Below, one piece after another: positions 26,729 through 35,192 of a stretch of 64,000 nucleotides of DNA (position 1 is the stretch's first letter; each line of letters begins with the position of its first letter). Source of the stretch: a virus (taxonomy: Duplodnaviria; Caudoviricetes); IMG/VR virus record IMGVR_UViG_3300020050_009513, positions 12,597 through 76,596 of that record, one strand, 5' to 3'. Under the pieces are notes generated by a model that was not told the origin of the DNA, did no database searches, and was given only the letters and a program-made list of their open reading frames with translations. The translations under genes were made by a program, and so were the position numbers.

Positions 26729-27074
26729 CGATTTGAGCCTTAAAGGAATCTACAATGCCCTTAAAAATATAATCTTTAATACGTTGTTCCTTTGGTAGAA
26801 ATGAATAGTGCCCAATACAGGGGTGTGTTTTAGCAACAGGATCTTTTACTGCTCCCCAAATCCAACCGTCTTCAATTTTTTTAGCACACCACATAAGATG
26901 TGATTGTTCAGGGCTTAGGTTTTCTTTTAAATGACCCTCTACGCCGGATATGGCAGACTCTTTCTGCCAAGTCGGGGCATTTTCCCAATTAGGTTGACTA
27001 AAATCTCCAATAGCTTCACAATAAGCCTTGTTAGCCTCATGGCAAATTTTGGCAATAGATTCAGTAGAAATCAT
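26721..27074 (-). CDS. RyR-domain protein
   Basis: AKICHEAN...H..W...K..DGW.WG..KD...KTHPC...Y..LP..Q..KD; AGGAG SD before ATG 27074. Confidence 0.8.
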   Translation of the reverse strand: MISTESIAKICHEANKAYCEAIGDFSQPNWENAPTWQKESAISGVEGHLKENLSPEQSHLMWCAKKIEDGWIWGAVKDPVAKTHPCIGHYSFLPKEQRIKDYIFKGIVDSFKAQIDV

Positions 27075-27178
27075 AAATACTCCTAAAATCCGGTTCTTGT
27101 TTGGTGGAAAACCGGCAAGCCCTTGTGTTTTTATCGTGTCTCTCCAGAACACGCCCTTTGTCATTCCTAAGGGAGGAA

Positions 27179-27393
27179 GGTGAAACGGGAGGTGCGCTAC
27201 TACCTCTATCTTGTACTTCGAATCTGGCGGGTTCCCATGGTGCCCGACCACCTAGATTATGAATATAGGAAAGTTACTCCTACATATCAGCCTCTAGCGT
27301 CATCCCAGTGCGTGTCTCCAGAACCGACTATCCTGCCCACCTCGCGGTTTAAACAATGCAGGGTCCACCTCATCTACCACGCCGCTCGTTTCA
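27179..27393 (-). ncRNA. unnamed structured RNA, copy B
   Basis: closing stem UGAAACG/CGUUUCA; GCGUG/CACGC helix with CUGGAGA; GAGGU-AGUAGCGC-ACCUC hairpin; GCGA tetraloop; begins at predicted TSS. Confidence 0.75.
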
Positions 27394-27398
27394 ATATA

Positions 27399-27427
27399 AC
27401 AGTAACATATTCATGTATGGAGGTCAA
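27399..27427 (-). promoter_or_regulatory. sigma70-type promoter for ncRNA B and the RyR operon
   Basis: TTGACC-17-TACTGT. Confidence 0.7.
27403..27417 (+). promoter_or_regulatory. late-promoter motif, copy 7
   Basis: TAACATATTCATGTA upstream of endolysin. Confidence 0.65.
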
Positions 27428-27808
27428 GTGATTTCTAGGGCTGAAGTTCTTATGGGCCGTGATAAAGACTATCCGTTGGATAAAGAGCAAGAAGCAAACC
27501 TTGCAATCCTGCTGGAACGTGTTAATAAGCTTAGGGCTCTATATAACAAACCAATGACTGTCACTAGCGGGTACCGCCCTGCTGCTATCAATGCCGGCGT
27601 AGCTGGTGCTGCTAAGCGTTCTAATCACATTCTGTGTGCTGCCTGTGACTTTAGGGACAGTGATGGTGCTATCGACGCCTGGTGCCTAACTAACCTAGAT
27701 AAGCTGGCAGAAATCGGCTTATGGCTGGAATCTCCTGACCATACGCCTAATTGGTGTCATGTGCAGATCTTTCCTCCCAAGTCAGGTAATCGGGTATTTA
27801 AACCTTAG
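27428..27808 (+). CDS. peptidase M15 family endolysin
   Basis: TSGYRP, SNH, CDF and HVQ; GGAGG SD before GTG. Confidence 0.85.
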   Translation: MISRAEVLMGRDKDYPLDKEQEANLAILLERVNKLRALYNKPMTVTSGYRPAAINAGVAGAAKRSNHILCAACDFRDSDGAIDAWCLTNLDKLAEIGLWLESPDHTPNWCHVQIFPPKSGNRVFKP

Positions 27809-28467
27809 TCAATATAGCGAAAGACCAATCCTTTCAAAGACTTCATCTTTCCACGACATACTGCAGAGATACTACTTCGGTCGCAATTAAGTTCTGCTGC
27901 GGCATCCTGAATACAATCATAGGTTTTACCATTAGTTTCACAGTAGACTTTACGACGAGTGGGTGAAGGTTTACCCCAGAATTTGCTTTTCTCTCCGGAC
28001 CAAAGCTGAGAAAGGTGAACTTTTTCCTCAGCAGTACGAGGGCGAAGTTTTTTTCCGGTCATGGCTTTTCGTTTAGCTTCAATTTGCTCTGGAGACTGTT
28101 TGTGTCCTAAGGTATGTTTATTTCCTAAAAGAGCCTTACTAATTTTATTACGAGTTTCAATTGTAATCTCAAAAACCCCCCCTCCATACGATTTATTATA
28201 TCCATATATAGGATCAATACTCTTATAATTGCGAATAAATTCTTGTTCTTTACGATTAAGCTCTTCTAGAGATTCTGCGGCGGCAATACGTTCAAATAAA
28301 AAACTATCTTCTCCATATTTAATCCAAGCTCTCTGTAGATGTTCATTAAAATGAGTACCTTTTCTCAGATAATATCGATGATTAGCCCAGCGACGAGCTA
28401 ATGTAGAAGAGGTTTGTCCAATATAAACTTTATTATTGATTTGATTTGTAATTTTGTAAATAAACAT
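27805..28467 (-). CDS. GIY-YIG homing endonuclease with NUMOD-type C-terminal domains
   Basis: FIYKITN...VYIGQT; C-terminal ISAVCRGK helix-turn-helix. Confidence 0.9.
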   Translation of the reverse strand: MFIYKITNQINNKVYIGQTSSTLARRWANHRYYLRKGTHFNEHLQRAWIKYGEDSFLFERIAAAESLEELNRKEQEFIRNYKSIDPIYGYNKSYGGGVFEITIETRNKISKALLGNKHTLGHKQSPEQIEAKRKAMTGKKLRPRTAEEKVHLSQLWSGEKSKFWGKPSPTRRKVYCETNGKTYDCIQDAAAELNCDRSSISAVCRGKMKSLKGLVFRYID

Positions 28468-28476
28468 AACTACCTA

Positions 28477-28505
28477 ACTATAGCCTAAATTTTAAGTAAA
28501 GTCAA
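28477..28505 (-). promoter_or_regulatory. sigma70-type promoter
   Basis: TTGACT-17-TATAGT. Confidence 0.8.
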
Positions 28506-28519
28506 TGTATTTAAGTAAT

Positions 28520-28534
28520 TAACATATTACAATA
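28520..28534 (+). promoter_or_regulatory. late-promoter motif, copy 8
   Basis: TAACATATTACAATA. Confidence 0.65.
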
Positions 28535-28548
28535 GGAGACCTAATAGA

Positions 28549-29004
28549 ATGATTCAACTTACTATTGCAGGTAACACATATGCCTACCCAAGTGCAGGTG
28601 AAGATCCCGGCTGGGGCTCCGAAGCAACTGACTGGGCTACAGCCGTAACTGATGTATTAAATAGCTTTCTTGGTCCCGGAGATATTCTACCAACCGCATT
28701 TGAAATTGTAGATAATACTCCGTCTCCTACTGAGGTTGTCGGCCTTACTTTTGATGGCGCACTTGTTCGTGCAGCTAATGTAACGTATGCAATTGTTCGG
28801 GGTTCTATCACTCAAACAGGTACTCTTTACCTAAGTTATAATGGCACGGCTTCTGCTGGAAACCAATGGACCTTGTCTGAACAGCTCAGCAATGATGCAG
28901 GAGTTAGATTTTCTGTCACGGATGCTGGTCAAGTACAATATATATCTTCTTCAACCGGAACAAACGGACAAATGCGTTTTTCCGCTAAAACATTGGGAAC
29001 ATAA
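28549..29004 (+). CDS. virion structural protein
   Basis: 151 aa, beta-rich. Confidence 0.65.
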   Translation: MIQLTIAGNTYAYPSAGEDPGWGSEATDWATAVTDVLNSFLGPGDILPTAFEIVDNTPSPTEVVGLTFDGALVRAANVTYAIVRGSITQTGTLYLSYNGTASAGNQWTLSEQLSNDAGVRFSVTDAGQVQYISSSTGTNGQMRFSAKTLGT

Positions 29005-29006
29005 AA

Positions 29007-30605
29007 ATGGCTATTTCTTTAACTAAGTGGATCAAGTCGCTCGTCGTCAGTCAAGAAGGCACGACTACCCCTAATGAAATTGAGCTTACTCCTGGCGGAT
29101 CAGCTAGTACTAAGACTACTATTACTGGTGCACAAACTTCCAATGTAACTGTGACTATGCCTAATGCCACAGATACCCTGGTTGGTCGGGCTACTACCGA
29201 TACTTTGTCAAATAAGACTCTAGATGTCTCTACTATTGCCAATCTACGCGATGACCGTCTTTCTATTCAGGATAATGCTGATGTATCTAAGCAGCTTCGC
29301 TTTGACTCCTCGGCTATTACTACTGGTACTACTCGTACTCTCACTGCTCCTGATGCTAATACTACTATTGTTGGTACAGATGCTACTCAAACTCTCACCA
29401 ATAAAACTCTCACCTCTCCCGTTATCAATTCACCTACTGGAATAACCAAATCAGACGTCGGTCTTGGGAACGTCGATAATACTTCAGATGCGACTAAAAA
29501 CTCGGCTGCAGTCAGTTTAACGAATAAAACAATTGATGCAGATCTAAACACGATTACAAATATCGAGAATGCAGATATCAAGGTCAGCGCTGCGATTGAC
29601 TATTCAAAACTTGCATCTTTGACTCCATCAAGAGTCCTGGTTTCAGAAGGTTCGGGTTTTGTTTCGGCGTCTTCTGTCACCTCGACAACGCTCGGATATG
29701 TTGACGCGACAAGCTCAATCCAAACTCAACTCAACGCAAAGGCTGCAACCTCTGCAGTAGTTCTAAAGACTGACTATACGGCTAAAGGTGCAATTCTCGC
29801 AGCAAGTGCCGCTTCGACTCCAACCGACCTTCCTGTTGGGGCGGATGGTACGGTTCTCACTGCAAGTTCCGGTCAAACAACTGGGCTCATCTGGGCAACT
29901 CCGACTGATCCCGCGCTAAATATTACTGCGCAAACTTCGACCTATTCTGCCGCAATAGGAGACTACGTTTTGGCGAGCGGTTCTGCCTTTACGGTCACTC
30001 TACCTACTGCAGTCGGAGTTAGTGGAAAGGCAATTCGGATTAAAAAGACCGATTCAAGCCTTTCAAATATCATCACGATTGCTACAACGTCCGCCCAGAC
30101 GATTGACGGTTTCTCGACTCGGAAACTTGCGACGCAAAACGAATCAATCACGCTCTATTCTGATGGCGCAAACTGGCAGATCACCGAACGTCGGATTCCG
30201 TCATATTGGATCTCTCAAACTGCCACAGGTTCTTGGAATACCAATACAACATATACCATGCGTATGCGTAGGGTGGGTGATACCGCGGAATTTGATCTCA
30301 CGGTTGCAACTACAGGTGCGCCCAACAATACCGCGCTTACGGTCAATCTGCCCATCACTATTGATACAGCCAAGATGTCGGCTTTTGGAGATTTCGAAAA
30401 TTTTGGTGTGGTAAACATCCGAGATTCCGGTGTCGCAATCTATGTTGGTAAGGTCAGCTATAGCTCTACGACTGCAATTACAATCTCATCGATCAACTCC
30501 ACGCCTGCATTATTGGCATTCAGTGCATCAAATCCAATGGTCTGGGCGAATGGTGACCACGTTCACGCGATCTTTCGAGTTCCCGTAGTAGATTGGGAAG
30601 GGTAG
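29007..30605 (+). CDS. tail fibre protein
   Basis: TLTNKT repeats, VGLGNVDNTSDA motif, T/S/A-rich. Confidence 0.8.
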   Translation: MAISLTKWIKSLVVSQEGTTTPNEIELTPGGSASTKTTITGAQTSNVTVTMPNATDTLVGRATTDTLSNKTLDVSTIANLRDDRLSIQDNADVSKQLRFDSSAITTGTTRTLTAPDANTTIVGTDATQTLTNKTLTSPVINSPTGITKSDVGLGNVDNTSDATKNSAAVSLTNKTIDADLNTITNIENADIKVSAAIDYSKLASLTPSRVLVSEGSGFVSASSVTSTTLGYVDATSSIQTQLNAKAATSAVVLKTDYTAKGAILAASAASTPTDLPVGADGTVLTASSGQTTGLIWATPTDPALNITAQTSTYSAAIGDYVLASGSAFTVTLPTAVGVSGKAIRIKKTDSSLSNIITIATTSAQTIDGFSTRKLATQNESITLYSDGANWQITERRIPSYWISQTATGSWNTNTTYTMRMRRVGDTAEFDLTVATTGAPNNTALTVNLPITIDTAKMSAFGDFENFGVVNIRDSGVAIYVGKVSYSSTTAITISSINSTPALLAFSASNPMVWANGDHVHAIFRVPVVDWEG

Positions 30606-30676
30606 CGTGACTAATCTCATCGGGGACTTCGCGCCTCTCTTTGGCAATGTATCTGTATTTATAGAGTTGGAAATTA

Positions 30677-31078
30677 ATGACTAAAATCGCTACACTTCTT
30701 AGACTTCTGCAATTGTTTGCCCACAATGCACATAATATGGCGAGTGGGCCTACATTTTTTGCAGACCATGATCACCTAGGAAGTCTGTATCCTCAATATG
30801 AGGAACAGTATGATAGCGTTATTGAGCGTATGCTAGGCCTGGATGAGCAACCTAATCTAGTAGAAATCACTCTACAGGCAGCACAAGGAAGTTCGGCAAT
30901 GACACTTGAGATGCCCTTTCAAGAACTAGTAGAAGCTGAATCTTTGTTAAGAGAAGAAATTGCTATCTACTTGGCCACTGCTCAGTGCACTGAGGGAACA
31001 AAACAATTACTTGGTGAAATCTCTAACCAAAGTGAAATGCGTCAATACAAACTAAGACAGAGGATTAAAAATGGCTAA
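30677..31078 (+). CDS. ferritin/Dps-like four-helix protein
   Basis: HNAH...G..F..DH..L...Y......D...ER pattern. Confidence 0.7.
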   Translation: MTKIATLLRLLQLFAHNAHNMASGPTFFADHDHLGSLYPQYEEQYDSVIERMLGLDEQPNLVEITLQAAQGSSAMTLEMPFQELVEAESLLREEIAIYLATAQCTEGTKQLLGEISNQSEMRQYKLRQRIKNG

Positions 31079-31466
31079 CCATACTCTTACAGGTGAACAC
31101 GTACTACGAGAGGCCTGGGACCCTACGCAAGGTGCGGTAAAGGTTACAGTAGATAGTGAGTTTGCAGTAGCCTTGGATGCCGCTGATGGGGATAGTATAA
31201 CAACTGTTCCTAATAATCTTACTGTCACAGGTGTCCAGGAAATGGATGCTACTAGCTATAAAAGCTTAGTTCTATACACTGCTCCTGGAGCAGGAGAGGC
31301 TAAGGTAGAGGTATCCCCTACTGCATCCGGTGATGTTTGGGTAGACCTAGTCACTGTTACTGCCAATGCTCTTCTTGTTGTTAAGTCCGCTGTCACTGAT
31401 TTTAGAGCTGTACGCATCCGTATTTCTACAACAGGAGCAGCTCCTCACGTGGTGATGCATGGGTAA
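31071..31466 (+). CDS. virion accessory protein
   Basis: N-terminal GEHVLREAWDP motif. Confidence 0.55.
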   Translation: MANHTLTGEHVLREAWDPTQGAVKVTVDSEFAVALDAADGDSITTVPNNLTVTGVQEMDATSYKSLVLYTAPGAGEAKVEVSPTASGDVWVDLVTVTANALLVVKSAVTDFRAVRIRISTTGAAPHVVMHG

Positions 31467-31887
31467 GATCATTATGGGTAAAGGCACACGGCAGCGCGCT
31501 CCTGTTTCGACTGCAGAAGTCGCAATGGAAGTTATTACCCAAGATCAAGCCCCGAGTATTCAAACTATTACAGTAGAAGTTCCTGTTGAAGTAGTCCGTG
31601 AAGTAATTGTAGAAGTACCTGTTACTGTTGAAGTAGTAAGAGAAGTACAAGTTCCAGTTATTGTAGAGAAGATTGTAGAAATTCAAGTCCCGGTAGAAAT
31701 CATTAAAGAAATTCAAGTTCCGGTTGAACGTATTGTTATTCAAGAACGCGTCGAATATATTGAAATTCCTATGGATATCTCACGTATTCGTGAATTAGAA
31801 TCTAAACTAAGATCTACTAATCGGGTGAAATATATTGCCTGTGCAGTAGCACTAATTGCCTTGTCTATTGTAGGAGTCTTGCTATGA
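31459..31887 (+). CDS. V/E/P-repeat protein with C-terminal TM helix
   Basis: repeated VEVPVE/VQVPV units. Confidence 0.65.
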   Translation: MGKIIMGKGTRQRAPVSTAEVAMEVITQDQAPSIQTITVEVPVEVVREVIVEVPVTVEVVREVQVPVIVEKIVEIQVPVEIIKEIQVPVERIVIQERVEYIEIPMDISRIRELESKLRSTNRVKYIACAVALIALSIVGVLL

Positions 31888-32153
31888 ATTCTACCACTAA
31901 GCCTGCATCTAATGCAAGTCATGAGAACGTTCTTCGTTCCGCCCACAATGAAGTAACGGCAACTATTGGAGTTTCCGGATTTGTTACCGCTAAGGTAGGG
32001 CATCGTATTACACAAACAGTAACTACTACTAATACTGCAGATGATACTTTAGTATTTAACTATTTTGATGGATCTATTGCTCTTATGGAATTAACTGTGA
32101 TTTACACAGACGGAACTCGGGAGACCCTTCTTTCGGTTGAAAGGACAGCGTAA
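31884..32153 (+). CDS. virion accessory protein
   Basis: N-terminal HENVLRSAHNE motif. Confidence 0.55.
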   Translation: MNSTTKPASNASHENVLRSAHNEVTATIGVSGFVTAKVGHRITQTVTTTNTADDTLVFNYFDGSIALMELTVIYTDGTRETLLSVERTA

Positions 32154-33826
32154 TGAGTTTCCAGTTCAATCCTCTTATCCTAGATGGCTTCGATATCTCT
32201 GGAGGCGGAGCTTCTACAGTTGTAATTGGAACTACTCCTGTTGTAGGAAGTACTCCTTTTTCTATTCTTATTGTTGATGCTGCAAACACTGTGGGAGACG
32301 TTGGTCCTCTTACTAACGGTCAACTTTTAATTGGAGCCACAGGAGCAGAGCCGGTCCCTGCTACACTCACTGGAACAGCTAATCAAGTATCCATCACTAA
32401 CGGTTCCGGATCAGTTACTTTATCATTACCTCAGGACATTGCTCCTACTTCAAACGTAACATTCGCTGATACAACAGTTGACACACTTACTGCCGACGTG
32501 GTAAACACACCTGTCCTAGACTATGCTGGTGCAATTGCTATCGGTACTGTTGACGCTACAGTAATTAATATTGGTAATGCTTCTTCTGTAGTTAACTTTA
32601 ATGGTACAGTTAATGATAATAATGTTACTAATCTAATCGTATCCGATCAGCTAATCACTCTAAATGCTGGCGGTGGCGTGGGATCTGCTACAGGCGCTGG
32701 TATTGAGTTTGAAGAAGATAGTGTTATTACTGGATATGTAAAGACTTCAGCAGATCGTAATAGCCTAACTGCAAAAGCCCCTGCAACAGCTGGTGTTGTT
32801 ACAGTAACTCCTGGTGCATCAGGTTTTACTATTGACCAAGGATCTCATAATCCCCTGACTATTGATACGGCAAACGGATTATCATTAAATGACCAGGAAT
32901 TATCGTTAGCCTTAGCTACAGCCGGTAATCCGGGTGCTCTGTCCTCTTCTGACTGGACTACTTTTAATGACAAGGCTAATAATACTTTAAACAACCTAGG
33001 TGTTACAAACATTAACGCCTCTCTGTTAGTAAATAGCCCTGGCACATATAACTTAGGTGCAAACTTAGGTCAATGGAATACTGTATATACCAACTTTGTA
33101 CGCCGAGACAATGGAAGTCCTGCAGTACAGCTTCAAACTGGTGGTCTAAATGACACCGCTAATTTTACTTCTTTAAATTGGCAAAATCGTCAATTATTGA
33201 CAGGATTTAGCACAGCTGCTGATTGGGGAAATAGAGTACTTCAGAACTCATCTAGTGTCACTACTTTGAATTGGGAAGCTCAGTCTCTTTCTGACGGTAC
33301 AGATTTGTCAGTTGATTGGGCAGGACGCTCCTTAGAAAATAGTACAGGAGCTATGCTTGATTGGAGTGGATCTCAGGTATCTTTTGAAGGAAAACGTGTA
33401 ATTAACGTTGCTACTCCTACTACAGGTACTGATGCTGCCAACAAAGACTACGTTGATGCTGCTGCTGCTTTGCTGCCCTATGGTGACATCCCCAGCACTA
33501 CCTTTGTAGCTGACTTCTCCCAAACCGACCAGCCTGTAGTAGGTCTTGTAGCCGCGCCAGATGACTTACCCGTAGCTGTATTAGCGTTTAAAGCTCATGT
33601 TATGGTTATTAACACCGATACATCTGCTTATACTTCTTTTGATATGATTGCAACTAGAGATCTTATTGACAATATCTGGCACTTGTCATATTCCCAGTCA
33701 GGAGATAATAGTAATGTTACTTTTGATATTGATTCTACCGGACAAGTTATATATACATCTCCCGCTGCAACTGGATCTCAAGATTTGACCATGTTCTTTA
33801 GAGCACAAGCAATTACCCAAAGTTAA
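32153..33826 (+). CDS. fibre/spike protein
   Basis: 557 aa T/G-rich; about 14-aa xxW repeats (LNWQ, ADWG, LNWE, VDWA, LDWS). Confidence 0.7.
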   Translation: MSFQFNPLILDGFDISGGGASTVVIGTTPVVGSTPFSILIVDAANTVGDVGPLTNGQLLIGATGAEPVPATLTGTANQVSITNGSGSVTLSLPQDIAPTSNVTFADTTVDTLTADVVNTPVLDYAGAIAIGTVDATVINIGNASSVVNFNGTVNDNNVTNLIVSDQLITLNAGGGVGSATGAGIEFEEDSVITGYVKTSADRNSLTAKAPATAGVVTVTPGASGFTIDQGSHNPLTIDTANGLSLNDQELSLALATAGNPGALSSSDWTTFNDKANNTLNNLGVTNINASLLVNSPGTYNLGANLGQWNTVYTNFVRRDNGSPAVQLQTGGLNDTANFTSLNWQNRQLLTGFSTAADWGNRVLQNSSSVTTLNWEAQSLSDGTDLSVDWAGRSLENSTGAMLDWSGSQVSFEGKRVINVATPTTGTDAANKDYVDAAAALLPYGDIPSTTFVADFSQTDQPVVGLVAAPDDLPVAVLAFKAHVMVINTDTSAYTSFDMIATRDLIDNIWHLSYSQSGDNSNVTFDIDSTGQVIYTSPAATGSQDLTMFFRAQAITQS

Positions 33827-33838
33827 CATATAGATATA
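33824..33838 (+). promoter_or_regulatory. late-promoter motif, copy 9
   Basis: TAACATATAGATATA. Confidence 0.65.
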
Positions 33839-33851
33839 TAAGGAGTTTTTA

Positions 33852-34202
33852 ATGTCCGATCTAAAAGATATGCTAGGCAAAAAGCCTAAAAGTAACGACG
33901 CAGACGTAAAAGAAGCTAAACTTACGGCTCTCAAAGAGTTGAAAGGTATGGCTTCGGGTATGCTGGGCGGCGGTCTAAAAGAAATGATGGACGCTCCTAA
34001 AAAATCCGTAACTGTTGCTGCTGATAGCGAAGAAGGACTCGAAGCGGGTCTGGATAAAGCTAAAGAGATTCTCCCGGAAATGCCTGATATGGATGATGAG
34101 TCAGAAGATTCTGATTCTGAAGACATGAGCATGGAAGAAATCGAAGCAATGGAACGTCAAATCGCCGAAATGAAAAAGAAACTCCTCGCGGCCAAAGCCT
34201 AA
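33852..34202 (+). CDS. small charged virion-associated protein
   Basis: 116 aa; AAGGAG SD; biased codons. Confidence 0.6.
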   Translation: MSDLKDMLGKKPKSNDADVKEAKLTALKELKGMASGMLGGGLKEMMDAPKKSVTVAADSEEGLEAGLDKAKEILPEMPDMDDESEDSDSEDMSMEEIEAMERQIAEMKKKLLAAKA

Positions 34203-34211
34203 GGAGGAGAG

Positions 34212-35189
34212 ATGGCTCGTCATCTCACATCTAGCACACTAATTGATAGTGCGGTTCGTCGCGCGACTCTACCAAAGACACAGGTAACCTTCTTAGAAGA
34301 AGATTTCCTTGCATTTGCTAATGAAGAAATGGATATGGCAATCATACCCTATGTAATGGGGTATCATGAGGATTATTTTCTTTTTAAAGAGAATATGCCT
34401 TTGTTAGATTTTACATCTAGATACTCCATTCCGTATCGTGCGGTAGGAAATAAACTCCGAGACGTTCAATTTTTGGATCAAGGTAATACCATTTTTGAAA
34501 TGACGCGTATTGGCGTCGGTGATAATTCATATTTTCAATATGGTTCTATGGGATCTGTTGTCACTCGTCTACGTGCATTCTCACTTGAGGGTGACGAGAT
34601 TGTTCTACATCCGCATGTAGATGGTGCAGCTAATGGCGGTTCCCTGGATATATACTATTACATTCGTCCTAATCAACTTGTATCTGAAAATCGAGTAATG
34701 ATTGTTACTTCTATTTCAGACATTGCAAATGGAAATATTACTGTAGATAAACTTCCTCTGGACTCTGAGTCTGGGGCTAGTCTTTTTATGTCCGGTACTT
34801 TGGTTGATTTCATTAAAGTCAAATCCCCGCATAAGTGTATTACTATTGATAATGCTATTCAATCAGTAAATACTACTACTAAAGTTATAAGCTTCGGCCC
34901 TGATGTTATCCCTGCGTCTATTAAAGTTGGAGATCATATTGCACTTGCCCAAGAGTGCATGATCCCTCAGATCCCTACAGATTTACATAGCATGCTAGCA
35001 CAGCGCATTGCTGCTCGTTGTCTTGAGGCTATAGGTGATAGCGCAGGACTTCAAGCTGCCAATGCTAAACTTGCTGAGATGGAACTTAAAGGCGGAACTC
35101 TTATTGATAGCCGTGTTGATGATGCTCCTATGAAGGTTGCTAATCGTCACGGATTCTTACGTAGATCACGTCGATTTGTTGGAAGGTAA
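34212..35189 (+). CDS. head-tail adaptor (tail tubular A-like)
   Basis: position before nozzle; helical ends around a beta core. Confidence 0.6.
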   Translation: MARHLTSSTLIDSAVRRATLPKTQVTFLEEDFLAFANEEMDMAIIPYVMGYHEDYFLFKENMPLLDFTSRYSIPYRAVGNKLRDVQFLDQGNTIFEMTRIGVGDNSYFQYGSMGSVVTRLRAFSLEGDEIVLHPHVDGAANGGSLDIYYYIRPNQLVSENRVMIVTSISDIANGNITVDKLPLDSESGASLFMSGTLVDFIKVKSPHKCITIDNAIQSVNTTTKVISFGPDVIPASIKVGDHIALAQECMIPQIPTDLHSMLAQRIAARCLEAIGDSAGLQAANAKLAEMELKGGTLIDSRVDDAPMKVANRHGFLRRSRRFVGR

Positions 35190-35192
35190 ACC

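Noticed and set aside
27135-27153. Glycine riboswitch similarity (CUGGAGAG)
   Set aside because: The other conserved elements (CCGAAG, CUCUCAGG) were not found
27075-27431. N-terminal extensions of the RyR and M15 ORFs, and ORF 27180-27431
   Set aside because: SD-supported internal starts exist (27074 and 27428); the segment is better explained as structured RNA and promoters
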